Assembly (NCBI GenBank): GCA_046710875.1
Contig: JBKEHQ010000003.1
Coordinates: 1 to 58,173 of the forward strand
Origin: Candidatus Thalassarchaeaceae archaeon
GTDB lineage: Archaea; Thermoplasmatota; Poseidoniia; Poseidoniales; Thalassarchaeaceae
Reading direction: 5' to 3'
DNA length: 58,173 bases
Positions within the stretch are counted from its first letter, which is position 1; each line of letters begins with the position of its first letter. Both the position numbers and the translations under genes were made by a program. The notes beneath the pieces are model-generated. The model was not told the DNA's origin and did no database searches. It saw only the letters and a list, made by a program, of their open reading frames with translations. Shown piece by piece: positions 1 through 9,143 of this stretch.

Positions 1-100
1 GACCAACTTCACCTGCACCTCCTAGAAAATGAAAACGGATTCCAGAGTTAACTGTATCATCAGAGTATCCTGAAGTTTTACCAGGTGTATATAGAACCAT
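1..100 (-). CDS. N-terminal fragment of an MBL-fold / beta-CASP ribonuclease-like protein; the gene runs off the left edge
   Basis: The reverse complement of 1-100 starts with ATG and reads MVLYTPGKTSGYSDDTVNSGIRFHFLGGAGEVG. The FLGGAGEVG segment resembles the start of the metallo-beta-lactamase domain of archaeal CPSF-like RNases. Only 33 codons are visible. Confidence 0.4.
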   Translation of the reverse strand, partial: MVLYTPGKTSGYSDDTVNSGIRFHFLGGAGEVG

Positions 101-205
101 ATTAAGAGACGAGAATGCCTCCCTTAATCAAAGAGATTGTTTTTTAGCATTGCTAAAGTAGTAATGAGGAAAGGTTTGATGTAGGCTTGTAGGTTTAGTC
201 ATAAC

Positions 206-1012
206 ATGAGCGTCGAGGAGATATGGGGCAAAAGATGGCGAAGTTGTGCTCATCCATTGACTCATCGATTTATGGAAATATCTACAAGGAAAAAATCTCT
301 TGTTATTTTAGCAGCGGATCTTTACACAATTGATGAGTTAGTGAATTTGATAGACACTGTTGGCCCTTATATTTCTGCTTTAAAAACTCACGTTGATATG
401 ATAATTGATTTTGATAAATTAAAATGGGAGAAAGTTTTGAAAAGTGCTGAGAATCATGATTTAATGATATTCGAAGATCGTAAATTTGCTGATATAGGAA
501 AAATATCACAAATTCAAATGGGCGGCATTTATGATATTCGATCCTGGGCAGATTTAGTTACTGCACATCGAATTTCGGGCCCGGATATTGTTGATGGATT
601 AGGCGCCAGTTGGAGTGATGTAGAACGAATAGGCGGTATATTTTTATTGGCTCAAATGTCCAGTAGAGGTAATTTATTATCTTCAGAATATACTGATGAA
701 GTTGTTGATACAGGTAATGGATCACCGCATGTTGTTGGATATATTGGAAATGGAAGTTCGACTGCTGAGATTTTGGATCTTAGAGAAAAATCTGGAGATG
801 GAAAATTAATTTGGACGCCTGGAGTCAATCTAGAAACTGGAGCAGGTAAACTAGGTCAAAGGTACGGGAACCCCTATGATGCAATTAAATCTGGATCTGA
901 TGGCATAATTGTCGGCTCGGGAATTTATAATTCAAAGGATAGAATTGAATCTGCAAAGGCATATGCCAAAGCTTCATGGGACGCTTTGATTGAGAGAGAA
1001 GATAATGTCTGA
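206..1012 (+). CDS. pyrF: Orotidine 5'-phosphate decarboxylase (URA3-like type)
   Basis: It carries the FEDRKFADIG motif, LKTHVDMIIDF and a C-terminal IIVGSGIY. The N-terminal region (AHPLTHRFMEI) also aligns by eye with yeast URA3, which supports the long start. Confidence 0.9.
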   Translation: MSVEEIWGKRWRSCAHPLTHRFMEISTRKKSLVILAADLYTIDELVNLIDTVGPYISALKTHVDMIIDFDKLKWEKVLKSAENHDLMIFEDRKFADIGKISQIQMGGIYDIRSWADLVTAHRISGPDIVDGLGASWSDVERIGGIFLLAQMSSRGNLLSSEYTDEVVDTGNGSPHVVGYIGNGSSTAEILDLREKSGDGKLIWTPGVNLETGAGKLGQRYGNPYDAIKSGSDGIIVGSGIYNSKDRIESAKAYAKASWDALIEREDNV

Positions 1013-1241
1013 TCAAGACTTGATTGCATGGTTATGTTCCGCAATAGTTATAATTTTCATTATTTATATTGTAATTTATGAAATTTATAAAAGGTGGTTT
1101 TTAGAAATTAGACTAGTATCCTTAGATGAGACATTATTAAACGATGATTCTATAGTCATTGAAGAAATAACTGATGCCCCTTTAGGTAGTAAAATAATAT
1201 CTCAAGTTCCGGCATACATGATTGGTGAAGAAGAATCATAA
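1005..1241 (+). CDS. Small hypothetical membrane protein with one TM helix
   Basis: The ATG at 1005 overlaps the pyrF stop by 8 nt. The product has a hydrophobic helix (IAWLCSAIVIIFIIYIVIY) followed by an acidic tail. I recognise no homology. Confidence 0.3.
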   Translation: MSDQDLIAWLCSAIVIIFIIYIVIYEIYKRWFLEIRLVSLDETLLNDDSIVIEEITDAPLGSKIISQVPAYMIGEEES

Positions 1242-2132
1242 GGATTTCCTAGATAATTCAGAAATTAGTTTTGTGGGAATATTACTTTTTATATTTATTA
1301 TTTCACCATTTGGATGAATGAATGCAAGCTCTGTAGCGTGTAAACATAATCTATTGACGCTCGCCTTTCCTCTCCCGTATCTTGTATCACCCAAAACAGG
1401 GCAGCCTATGTTCACCATGTGCAATCGTATTTGTGCCCTTCTACCAGTATCAATTTTAATTCTTATTAAAGAATTAATTTGGCCTGTTTTTTCCACTTTC
1501 CAATTAGTTATTGCCTCTTTTCCTGCACGTTTGGTGCCTATAACCAATCTAACTCTTTTGTCCTTTGTTTCTTGAATTCTAGTTGTTTCAATTCCGGATG
1601 TGGCATCCGGTTTTCCATAAACTACGGCATAATAAATCCTCTCAATTGAGCGATTTTTAAATTGTTTTTGTAATATATCACGGGCCTCCGGGGACGTGGC
1701 AAAAATTAAGCAACCAGAGGTTTCTCTATCTAAGCGGTGTACTAAGTATATCCGAGTTCTTTTATTTTCTGAGGCCCATTTAGCTGTTCTACTATACATT
1801 GTATCAGCCTCTTCTCTATCAGTTGCAACGGACAAAAGCCCCTCTGGTTTATCTACTACAATTACAGAATTGTCAGAGTAGAGTATCTCTGGATCCTGTA
1901 GTATGTTAGCTTGTAAACCCTTTTTTTGATCACCATCAGTTCTTGGTACAGTAGTCACTATTGATCCGCAAAATATTCTCTCTTTTGCTTTATTTCTCTT
2001 TTTACCATCAACCCTTATTCTACCATGATCAATCATTCTACGAAGTGAGTTCTTTTTTGCATCGGGATGTAAAAGAGATAATATTTCAATTAGTGTAGCC
2101 TCTACTTCAACCTTGATAGTGGGGTCTGGCAT
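1236..2132 (-). CDS. RluA/RluD-family pseudouridine synthase with an N-terminal S4-like domain
   Basis: The HRLDRETSGCLIFA catalytic-Asp motif is present. An S4-like segment (RRMIDHGRIRVDGKK) sits at the N-terminus. The C-terminal LHA..L.F.HP is typical of the family. Confidence 0.85.
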   Translation of the reverse strand: MPDPTIKVEVEATLIEILSLLHPDAKKNSLRRMIDHGRIRVDGKKRNKAKERIFCGSIVTTVPRTDGDQKKGLQANILQDPEILYSDNSVIVVDKPEGLLSVATDREEADTMYSRTAKWASENKRTRIYLVHRLDRETSGCLIFATSPEARDILQKQFKNRSIERIYYAVVYGKPDATSGIETTRIQETKDKRVRLVIGTKRAGKEAITNWKVEKTGQINSLIRIKIDTGRRAQIRLHMVNIGCPVLGDTRYGRGKASVNRLCLHATELAFIHPNGEIINIKSNIPTKLISELSRKSL

Positions 2133-2248
2133 GCTCTTGGGAAATCATTCAAACCATTCAAGTTTCTTGATTAGAGCCTTCATTATAGATAATATATATA
2201 CGCTATTGTAACCATTTAATATTATGAAAGATTTACGGCACGTGATTA

Positions 2249-2625
2249 GGGGAATTGATAGTAATGATTGTCACGATCCTCAGATTTGGCTTGTACTTGT
2301 GGCGGCAATGCATGCAGTTGTTGGAGTTATCCTACAAAGGGATTGGAATAATGACAATAGCAGGCACTTGCTGGATTTTTTTTGCTCACCTATGTAAAAA
2401 TGCTCTATACCGCCTTCATGATGAAGGTGAAGAACAAGCAAGAATGTCACTAGTGATTGCTGGCCCTGCATGGGTTTGGTTTGTTGTCTGCTGCTTCATG
2501 GAGTTAGAAGTCACCCTCGGAAAGGAGCCTATGGTAATGACATGGGATGACAATGTTCCTCCCTTGATATTCTGGGGCATATGTGCTAGAGTGGGTTACT
2601 TGGTTCCGGGCGGATCTAATTCCCC
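2249..2625. other. GC-elevated segment: a candidate structured RNA, or an atypical small membrane-protein ORF (track ORF 2255..2638)
   Basis: Local G+C is about 47-53% in 60-nt samples, against about 23-36% nearby. The segment is open on both strands (127-aa plus-strand ORF and 63-aa minus-strand ORF). The termini GGGGAATTG (2249-2257) and TAATTCCCC (2617-2625) are complementary. Internal hairpins include CCTTCA-TGA-TGAAGG and CCTATG-GTAATGA-CATGGG. The 127-aa product is rich in W, C and M, with third-position GC well above that of neighbouring genes. Confidence 0.3.
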
Positions 2626-2647
2626 GCTAGAGGAATAGATGCCGATT

Positions 2648-3280
2648 TTAAGGCTTAAACCCAAAGATTGCTAAAGTTCCCACAAATCCTCGCTTGATGC
2701 CCACGCGTCGAGTTTCGACATCAATGAAGCCAGCATCAATCATGCCTTGCCTCCATTGTTCTTCACTCAATGTTGTCATGTGTACATTAAGTGATTCTGG
2801 CCAATCATGACTTGCTGTATTTTCTGAATAATGATCAACCCCTGCAATTAGTATTCCTTTGTCGTCCAGCCATTCATTAAAGAAAATCTTTAACATTTCT
2901 AATGGATCTTGCAAGTAATATAAGAATTCCATTGAGTGAATCAAATCAAACTTCTGTGAAGGCTTCCATCCTGGAAGTGTTGCCAAATGAAATTCTCCAG
3001 CCCCCTTTTTCTCAGCCTTAGTGATCATTTCATTTGAACCATCAATACCAACTACTTTACTACAATTATCATATGACTGTAATTTACGACATACCCAACC
3101 ATTTCCGCATCCTACATCTATTACTGAAAAGGGTTTTTTAACCATTTTAATAGCAATGTTTAGCATTTCATTAACTGATTTAGCGTGCCCATTTTCCATC
3201 CCCTCATCCCTATTTTTAAGAGCCCATTCTGAGAATACATCAATTGCGTCACGGGTTGCCATGGTGGCGACGATAGGCAA
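2648..3280 (-). CDS. Class I SAM-dependent methyltransferase
   Basis: SAM-binding motif I is present (VIDVGCGNGW). A downstream acidic residue (VVGIDGS) and the DLIHSMEFLYYL motif also fit the fold. Confidence 0.8.
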   Translation of the reverse strand: MPIVATMATRDAIDVFSEWALKNRDEGMENGHAKSVNEMLNIAIKMVKKPFSVIDVGCGNGWVCRKLQSYDNCSKVVGIDGSNEMITKAEKKGAGEFHLATLPGWKPSQKFDLIHSMEFLYYLQDPLEMLKIFFNEWLDDKGILIAGVDHYSENTASHDWPESLNVHMTTLSEEQWRQGMIDAGFIDVETRRVGIKRGFVGTLAIFGFKP

Positions 3281-3302
3281 CTATTGCAAGAAGATTTTCA
3301 TT

Positions 3303-4118
3303 TTAATTATCAAAGTTTTCTATTACATAATTTACAGCATTTCTGAAAATTTTCATACCCTCTCCTTCACCATGTTCTAGACCTTCTCTAGTCCATGTTG
3401 CTCCTAACCATGTTGAGTGATTGGCTTCAGGATGTGGCATTAAGCCGAATACTAATCCCGATGGATCACACACGCCTGCAATATTTCTCCAACTTTGATT
3501 TGGAGAGATTGGATATGGCAATATATTATCTTCAGATGATGGGTAAGTGGTTGAAGGATCTGCATATCGAACAACCAATTGTCCTGATTTATCCCATTCA
3601 TCTAGAAGTGTTTTCTCTGAAGTTACAAATTTGCCTTCACCATGACGAACTGGTACACGAATTCTCGTTAGATTCTTTGTCCATATACAATTACTATCTG
3701 GGTTGAATTCAAGGGTCACCCATCTATTTTCATATTGCCCTGAATCATTTATTGTCAATGATGCTGATTGATTTAAACTAACTTCATCATCGCCCGGTAA
3801 TAAGCCCATTTTTACTAGTACTTGAAACCCATTACATATCCCAATTACTAATTTTCCCGATTTGACAAATTCTCTTACTTGCTCCCTTATGCCAAATCGA
3901 AGTCGATTACCCATAAGTCTTCCACTACCAAGGTGGTCACCAAAAGAAAATCCTCCTGGTATTGCCATTATATGATAATTCTCTAAATTAGCACTTCCAT
4001 TTACTAATTTATTTATATGTAACTTTTCAACTATAGCTCCTGCCATTTCAAAAACAGCAATAGTTTCAGCCTCACAATTAATACCAAAGCCGGAAAGTAC
4101 TGCTACTTTAGGTTTCAT
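3303..4118 (-). CDS. purQ: Phosphoribosylformylglycinamidine synthase, glutaminase subunit PurQ
   Basis: The catalytic GICNGFQ cysteine and the MPHPE histidine/glutamate are present, with an N-terminal VAVLSGFGINCE. I chose the start at MKPKVAVL because its ATG overlaps the purL stop as TAATG at 4116-4120. Confidence 0.9.
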   Translation of the reverse strand: MKPKVAVLSGFGINCEAETIAVFEMAGAIVEKLHINKLVNGSANLENYHIMAIPGGFSFGDHLGSGRLMGNRLRFGIREQVREFVKSGKLVIGICNGFQVLVKMGLLPGDDEVSLNQSASLTINDSGQYENRWVTLEFNPDSNCIWTKNLTRIRVPVRHGEGKFVTSEKTLLDEWDKSGQLVVRYADPSTTYPSSEDNILPYPISPNQSWRNIAGVCDPSGLVFGLMPHPEANHSTWLGATWTREGLEHGEGEGMKIFRNAVNYVIENFDN

Positions 4119-7100
4119 TAATTGTTGCCTCCATTCAATGTTCCTTTCCATGCATCGCGTAATTCCTTCATATTTGCAGAAAGTATAATTTGCTCTCGAT
4201 TGTTAAATATTATCATATGATTTGAGGTAACTTTGCCTATTTTGTTACACTCATGATTCTTCATAGATTCTTCAAAAAGTTGCGAATCCTGTGGTTTTAC
4301 ACTTACTAATATTCTGCCAAGGCTTTCACCGAAAAGTGCTCCCCAAATATCTAAATTTTTATTATGATTAAAAAGATTGGAAATTTCTAAAATTGCACCT
4401 GAATCACATCCAAAGCAACATTCTGTCAATGCTGCAGCAAGTCCTGCATCACTACAATCATGTGCGCTTGCAACCAATCCATTGGACATTGAGTTTGTCA
4501 AGCTTCGATAGAGTGCTAAATTTCTTGTAGTGTCTATCTGAGGAATTTGGCCTCCTATTCCACTTTTACCATTTGTCTCATCATGTAGCATAAATGCTAA
4601 CTCGCTTGCACCTAATTCTTGATGGGTCTCTCCTACAAGATAGATTATGTCCCCAACTGTCTTAAAATCACTAGATACTGCTTTTCTCACATCTTTGTGG
4701 TTCCCTATTAGACTGAATAACAAAGTTGGAGGGACGCTGATTTTAGTACCATTTATTGTTGCATCGTTCTTCATTGAATCTTTTCCACTAATACACGGTA
4801 ACTGATAAGCCCTACATACATCATCTAATGCTCTATTGGCTCTAACTAATTGCGCTAATTTATACCTACCATCTGGTGTCTTCATTGACTCTACAGGATC
4901 CGGCCAGCAAAAATTATCTAGGCCTGCTATTAAATCTAAATCCACGCCTACACAGACTGCGTTTCGAAGAGCTTCGTCAATACTAGCAGCGGCCATGGCA
5001 TAAGTATCGATATCTGAGTATCTTGGCACTATTCCATTGGAAATTACGGCACCTTGAGTTTGTCCTTGTAATGGCGCAATTACCGCAGCATCTCCAGGAG
5101 AATCATGATTTATTCCACAAAATGGTTTAATTACAGATTGTCCTTGAACTTCATGATCATACGATCTGACCCAATATTCTTTACTTGCAACATTGGGCCT
5201 TGCCATTAACCTAAGAAGTATATTTCCCATACTCTGTGGATTGTTGGGGGGGAACTGTATTGGGTTGTGTGTTGGTACCTCCCACTCAGATTCCAATTCT
5301 AATTGTGGACATCCTTCATGAAGAAATTTCATAGGAAGGTTAGCAACAGTTTGATCGCCAAAGTTTACTTCAAAAGAACCTGTGTCCGTAAATTCTCCTA
5401 CAATTGTTGCTTCAACTTCATGGAGTAGTGCTAATTTCTCAAATTCTTTGCAATCTTCCTCTTTTATTCCTACAGTCATTCTCTCTTGTGACTCCGAAAC
5501 TAAAATTTCCCAAGGACTTAGTCCTGGATGTTTCAAGGGTACATCTGCTAAGTTCAAAAAAGCACCATTAGTCAGTTCTGCTAATTCACCAACACTACTT
5601 GATAGCCCTCCCGCCCCATTATCTGTTATTACTTGAATTAAGCCAGAATCTCTGGCATCCAATATCATATCAATCATTTTCTTTTGAGTTATTGGATCTC
5701 CGATTTGTACTGCAGAGCTTGGGCTTTCTTCGGTTAACTCCAAGCTAGAAAATGTTGCTCCATGAATACCATCACTTCCTACTCTGCCACCAACCATGTA
5801 AATTATATCTCCAACAGACGGGGTTTTGATATGACTTTCGCGTCCATCTTTTAAAATTCTAGGCATTATTCCCACAGTTCCACAATAAACTAATGGTTTA
5901 CCAATATATCTATCATCAAAAATAATTGCACCATTAACGGTTGGTATTCCGGACTCATTTCCTCCTGTTCTTACACCTGAATGTACGCCCCTAAGTACTC
6001 TTAAAGGATGAAATAATCCCTTCGGTATTTGACCTTTATAATCTGGGGGCCCAAAACAGAAAACATCTGTGTTTGCTATTGGCTTCGAACCTAATCCAGT
6101 TCCTAGAATATCTCTATTTACTCCCACAATTCCAGTCATTGCTCCTCCGAATGGATCTAATGCAGATGGTGAATTATGAGTTTCTGCTTTGATGCACAGG
6201 CTCCATTGCTCATTCCATGCAATTACTCCGGAGTTATCATGGAAGATACTTAGTAACCAATCTACATCTTTTTGAATATCTAATGTGGGAGTCACGATAT
6301 GTGTCTTGAATAACGAGTTTATTGTGGTGTCTTCTCCTGTTTCATTATCAACATGATGGATATTAGCAGCGAATATTTTATGAGAGCAGTGTTCTGACCA
6401 AGTTTGAGCAAGACATTCTAATTCAACATCAGTTGGCATATCTGGCGGAAGCCCCAATTCAACTCTTCTCTGTTGCACTTCTTCGTCTTTATAGTGAGAT
6501 TGAATGGTCTTCATTTCATTTAGATTTAATGCAAGTAATCCCGTTTCACTTATTTCAATTAATTTGTTATCGTTGACATTTAAATTTATAGTTTTTATTG
6601 ATTTAAATGGTTGAGTAATTTTAATTGGTGCCTTGAGTATGCCCCATTTATTAATTTGACAATCTTCTTTTTTTGTTGTTATAGAATGTTCAATCATAGG
6701 ATTATAAAGCTTATCTGCTATTTTATCAATATTAACATCAACAGGTATCCCCCAAAAAAGATATATTTTTGATGTAAATATTTCGCTGGAATTATTAAGT
6801 TCTGGGTAAATGGTTCGTAGACCGTCTAATGCTGCCTTACCAGCATTATCCGTTACTCCTGGTTTGAATCCAATATGAATATGTAGATCAGGCTTTATTG
6901 GAAATATATTATCTGAATCCAATATATGTAAATTCGCAATACCGTGTTCTATTACTGGATCAGAAAAGAGATCGTAAACCGTCCTTTGAATTTTTTCATT
7001 ATTCAAGTTGGAAATAATGTCATATCTATGAATTAATTTTACATCATCTAGATTAATATCATGATCAGATATGAGCATTTTTTTAATATTATTACCTTTA

Positions 7101-7162
7101 GAATCAGAAAGACCTGGTGTATCCTTGGTTGTAACTTCTACACTACAAGCTTTACTTTCCAT
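4118..7162 (-). CDS. purL: Phosphoribosylformylglycinamidine synthase subunit PurL with an extra PurS-like N-terminal domain of about 210 aa
   Basis: The WSEHCSHK, ETHNSPSA and DNGAGGLSS motifs are present. The start is set at the ATG (MESKAC) at 7162, which is preceded by GGGAGTGA. The track start at 7180 is a TTG. Confidence 0.9.
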   Translation of the reverse strand: MESKACSVEVTTKDTPGLSDSKGNNIKKMLISDHDINLDDVKLIHRYDIISNLNNEKIQRTVYDLFSDPVIEHGIANLHILDSDNIFPIKPDLHIHIGFKPGVTDNAGKAALDGLRTIYPELNNSSEIFTSKIYLFWGIPVDVNIDKIADKLYNPMIEHSITTKKEDCQINKWGILKAPIKITQPFKSIKTINLNVNDNKLIEISETGLLALNLNEMKTIQSHYKDEEVQQRRVELGLPPDMPTDVELECLAQTWSEHCSHKIFAANIHHVDNETGEDTTINSLFKTHIVTPTLDIQKDVDWLLSIFHDNSGVIAWNEQWSLCIKAETHNSPSALDPFGGAMTGIVGVNRDILGTGLGSKPIANTDVFCFGPPDYKGQIPKGLFHPLRVLRGVHSGVRTGGNESGIPTVNGAIIFDDRYIGKPLVYCGTVGIMPRILKDGRESHIKTPSVGDIIYMVGGRVGSDGIHGATFSSLELTEESPSSAVQIGDPITQKKMIDMILDARDSGLIQVITDNGAGGLSSSVGELAELTNGAFLNLADVPLKHPGLSPWEILVSESQERMTVGIKEEDCKEFEKLALLHEVEATIVGEFTDTGSFEVNFGDQTVANLPMKFLHEGCPQLELESEWEVPTHNPIQFPPNNPQSMGNILLRLMARPNVASKEYWVRSYDHEVQGQSVIKPFCGINHDSPGDAAVIAPLQGQTQGAVISNGIVPRYSDIDTYAMAAASIDEALRNAVCVGVDLDLIAGLDNFCWPDPVESMKTPDGRYKLAQLVRANRALDDVCRAYQLPCISGKDSMKNDATINGTKISVPPTLLFSLIGNHKDVRKAVSSDFKTVGDIIYLVGETHQELGASELAFMLHDETNGKSGIGGQIPQIDTTRNLALYRSLTNSMSNGLVASAHDCSDAGLAAALTECCFGCDSGAILEISNLFNHNKNLDIWGALFGESLGRILVSVKPQDSQLFEESMKNHECNKIGKVTSNHMIIFNNREQIILSANMKELRDAWKGTLNGGNN

Positions 7163-7461
7163 TTGCTCATTCACTCCCAAATATGATTGTCGAAGAGACG
7201 TTTCTCTTTGAACAAAGCGGAAAGGGTAACCCCTTAGTTTCCATTGTAGATAAAATAAAATTATTTCGAATAATATATTTAATAAATTATTTCAAATTTT
7301 GTAACGAATATTTATTTACTCTCTGTGATACAGTAGTATCGATTACTATCGTCAATATGATTTTATTTAAAAAGAATTAAATCGTACCAAGTAATTTTTA
7401 ATTTCGAATAGAAATGAAGGGGTAAGGGTAAGTTTGAGAGCCTAAACTCTTTCCGATAACT

Positions 7462-7668
7462 ATGGGGAGGGTTCCAAATCATATTTTTATCGTAAACAAT
7501 GATCGATGCTTTGGATGCGCCGCCTGTATTGCTTTATGTCCTGTTAATGCATTATCACTGGTTAACATAATGGCAATTGTTGAGGAACCAACTTGTACTC
7601 ATTGTAATTTATGTATCCCTGCATGCCCAGTCCATGCATTATCCATAGATCCAATCTCAGGAGCGTAA
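7462..7668 (+). CDS. 2x[4Fe-4S] ferredoxin
   Basis: Two CxxCxxCxxxCP motifs are present: CFGCAACIALCP and CTHCNLCIPACP. The protein is 68 aa. Confidence 0.9.
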   Translation: MGRVPNHIFIVNNDRCFGCAACIALCPVNALSLVNIMAIVEEPTCTHCNLCIPACPVHALSIDPISGA

Positions 7669-7670
7669 CA

Positions 7671-8309
7671 ATGTTAAAAATTTCATTTCTTGATACTTCT
7701 CTTGAATCATTATGCATGGCTCAAGAAATAATGGATAACTTAGACTGTGAAATACATTTTTTCTCAGAGGATGCAGAAGTTGGACTCTTTGGCGAATTGC
7801 CTGGAATTATTTCGAAGTGGCCCTTGATACCAAGTTCATGGACTACTTCGATGTATTCACAAAGCTACAAACCTAAATGTACTGCTGTCAGGAGATCATG
7901 GTTTGAAAAGGCAATAGCAATTTCTTTAGCCAAAAGAAATACCTTTTTTCATTTGAGGACAAGAATTACTAACTTTGAAGATAAGAAGGTGGAGTTTTCT
8001 GGAGCAGGGTTTTCCGGTTCTGGAACATTGGATTTTGATAAAATATTTACAATTAGCAGAGAATCGAATAACACTATTTGGTACGGCGGGGTAACAACTA
8101 CTGAGATGACACCTAATCAAAGGCTAATCATAGGAAAAAGATCTGATTCTACGATTGAAGTATGGGCCGAACATAAACTACCTCAAAATATCAATTGGAT
8201 ACAAAAAATGTCATGGAAAGGAAAAACGCCTAAAAATTCTATTGAATCGGATATAGTTATGGGGATACAACGGGCAAAGAATTTTCTGGATAAAGTCAAT
8301 ATAGATTGA
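7671..8309 (+). CDS. Hypothetical protein, possibly a degenerate remnant of a geranylgeranyl-reductase-like Rossmann domain
   Basis: The ATG lies 2 nt after the ferredoxin stop. The N-terminus (KISFLDTSLESLCMAQEIMDNLDCEIHFFSEDAEVG) follows the beta-alpha-beta spacing of FAD-binding GGRs but lacks GxGxxG. The segment RRSWFEKAIAISLAKR resembles the GGR R..FD..LA..A region. This assignment is weak and made by eye. Confidence 0.5.
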   Translation: MLKISFLDTSLESLCMAQEIMDNLDCEIHFFSEDAEVGLFGELPGIISKWPLIPSSWTTSMYSQSYKPKCTAVRRSWFEKAIAISLAKRNTFFHLRTRITNFEDKKVEFSGAGFSGSGTLDFDKIFTISRESNNTIWYGGVTTTEMTPNQRLIIGKRSDSTIEVWAEHKLPQNINWIQKMSWKGKTPKNSIESDIVMGIQRAKNFLDKVNID

Positions 8310-8327
8310 AAACGATGTGATGATAAA

Positions 8328-9140
8328 ATGGACAAAAATTTGACTAATATTTTGAGTTATGTAACCTCCATAGAAAACTATACTAGACATGCTATCTTAA
8401 TCGATCCAGCCGATCAATCGCCAGATATAGCAGCGAAGAGATGTTTAGCAGCTGTAAATGCTGGCACTAGCATGATATTGGTCGGGGGCTCTTCAAATAC
8501 AGATATGCAAAATGTAGAAGCGACGGTATCATCGATTAAAGAAATGCTCGAACTAGTCCAGTGGGCATCTACTCAAGATTCGTTAGGTGTAGAAGAAAAT
8601 AAAACCGTCCCAATTGTACTATTTCCACAAGGTTCAGCTGCACTATCTTCAATGGCGGATGCTGTTACTTTTATGATGCTGATGAATAGCACTAGCCCAA
8701 AATATCTCATTGAGGAACAAGTATTGGGAGCACCACATATCAAAAATAGCGGAATTGAACCACTACCTATGGGTTATTTGGTTTGTGCTCCAGGTGGAAA
8801 AGTTGGAGAAGTCGGCCAAGCAGACTTAATTCAACCATCAGATATTGATAGGGTGTCTGCATATGCGACAACTGCCCAATTTTATGGATTTAAATTAATT
8901 TATCTAGAGGCCGGAAGTGGCGCAAAGACACCGGTATCCCCTAATTTAATACGTGCTGCTCGAGATTCATGTAATCTTACAATAGTAGTTGGGGGAGGAA
9001 TTCGAGATGCCCAAACGGCTAGATTAGCATCAAAAGCAGGCGCAGATTGGATAGTGACTGGAAATTTGGCTGAAGAGTATGATAACGCTGACGAACTTCA
9101 AGAAATATTAACTAAGTTTATTTTGGACATGAATCAATAA
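8328..9140 (+). CDS. Geranylgeranylglyceryl phosphate synthase (PcrB/GGGPS family)
   Basis: The sequence LIYLEAGSGAKTPV...VVGGGIRDAQTARLASKAGADWIVTGN is characteristic of GGGPS TIM barrels. Confidence 0.85.
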   Translation: MDKNLTNILSYVTSIENYTRHAILIDPADQSPDIAAKRCLAAVNAGTSMILVGGSSNTDMQNVEATVSSIKEMLELVQWASTQDSLGVEENKTVPIVLFPQGSAALSSMADAVTFMMLMNSTSPKYLIEEQVLGAPHIKNSGIEPLPMGYLVCAPGGKVGEVGQADLIQPSDIDRVSAYATTAQFYGFKLIYLEAGSGAKTPVSPNLIRAARDSCNLTIVVGGGIRDAQTARLASKAGADWIVTGNLAEEYDNADELQEILTKFILDMNQ

Positions 9141-9143
9141 TAT

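Noticed and set aside
2249-2625. A specific identity for the GC-rich segment as RNase P RNA or SRP RNA.
   Set aside because: The universally conserved RNase P CR-I motif (GGAAAGUCC) is not on either strand. The SRP helix-8-like string UCGGAAAGGAGCC cannot form the required closed tetraloop and symmetric loop. I keep only the generic candidate-RNA hypothesis.
7183-7380. A 65-aa ORF in the purL/ferredoxin divergent intergenic region.
   Set aside because: The spacer is extremely AT-rich and promoter-like. The product is low complexity (I/F/L/N/K). It has no SD or TATA spacing and no motif.
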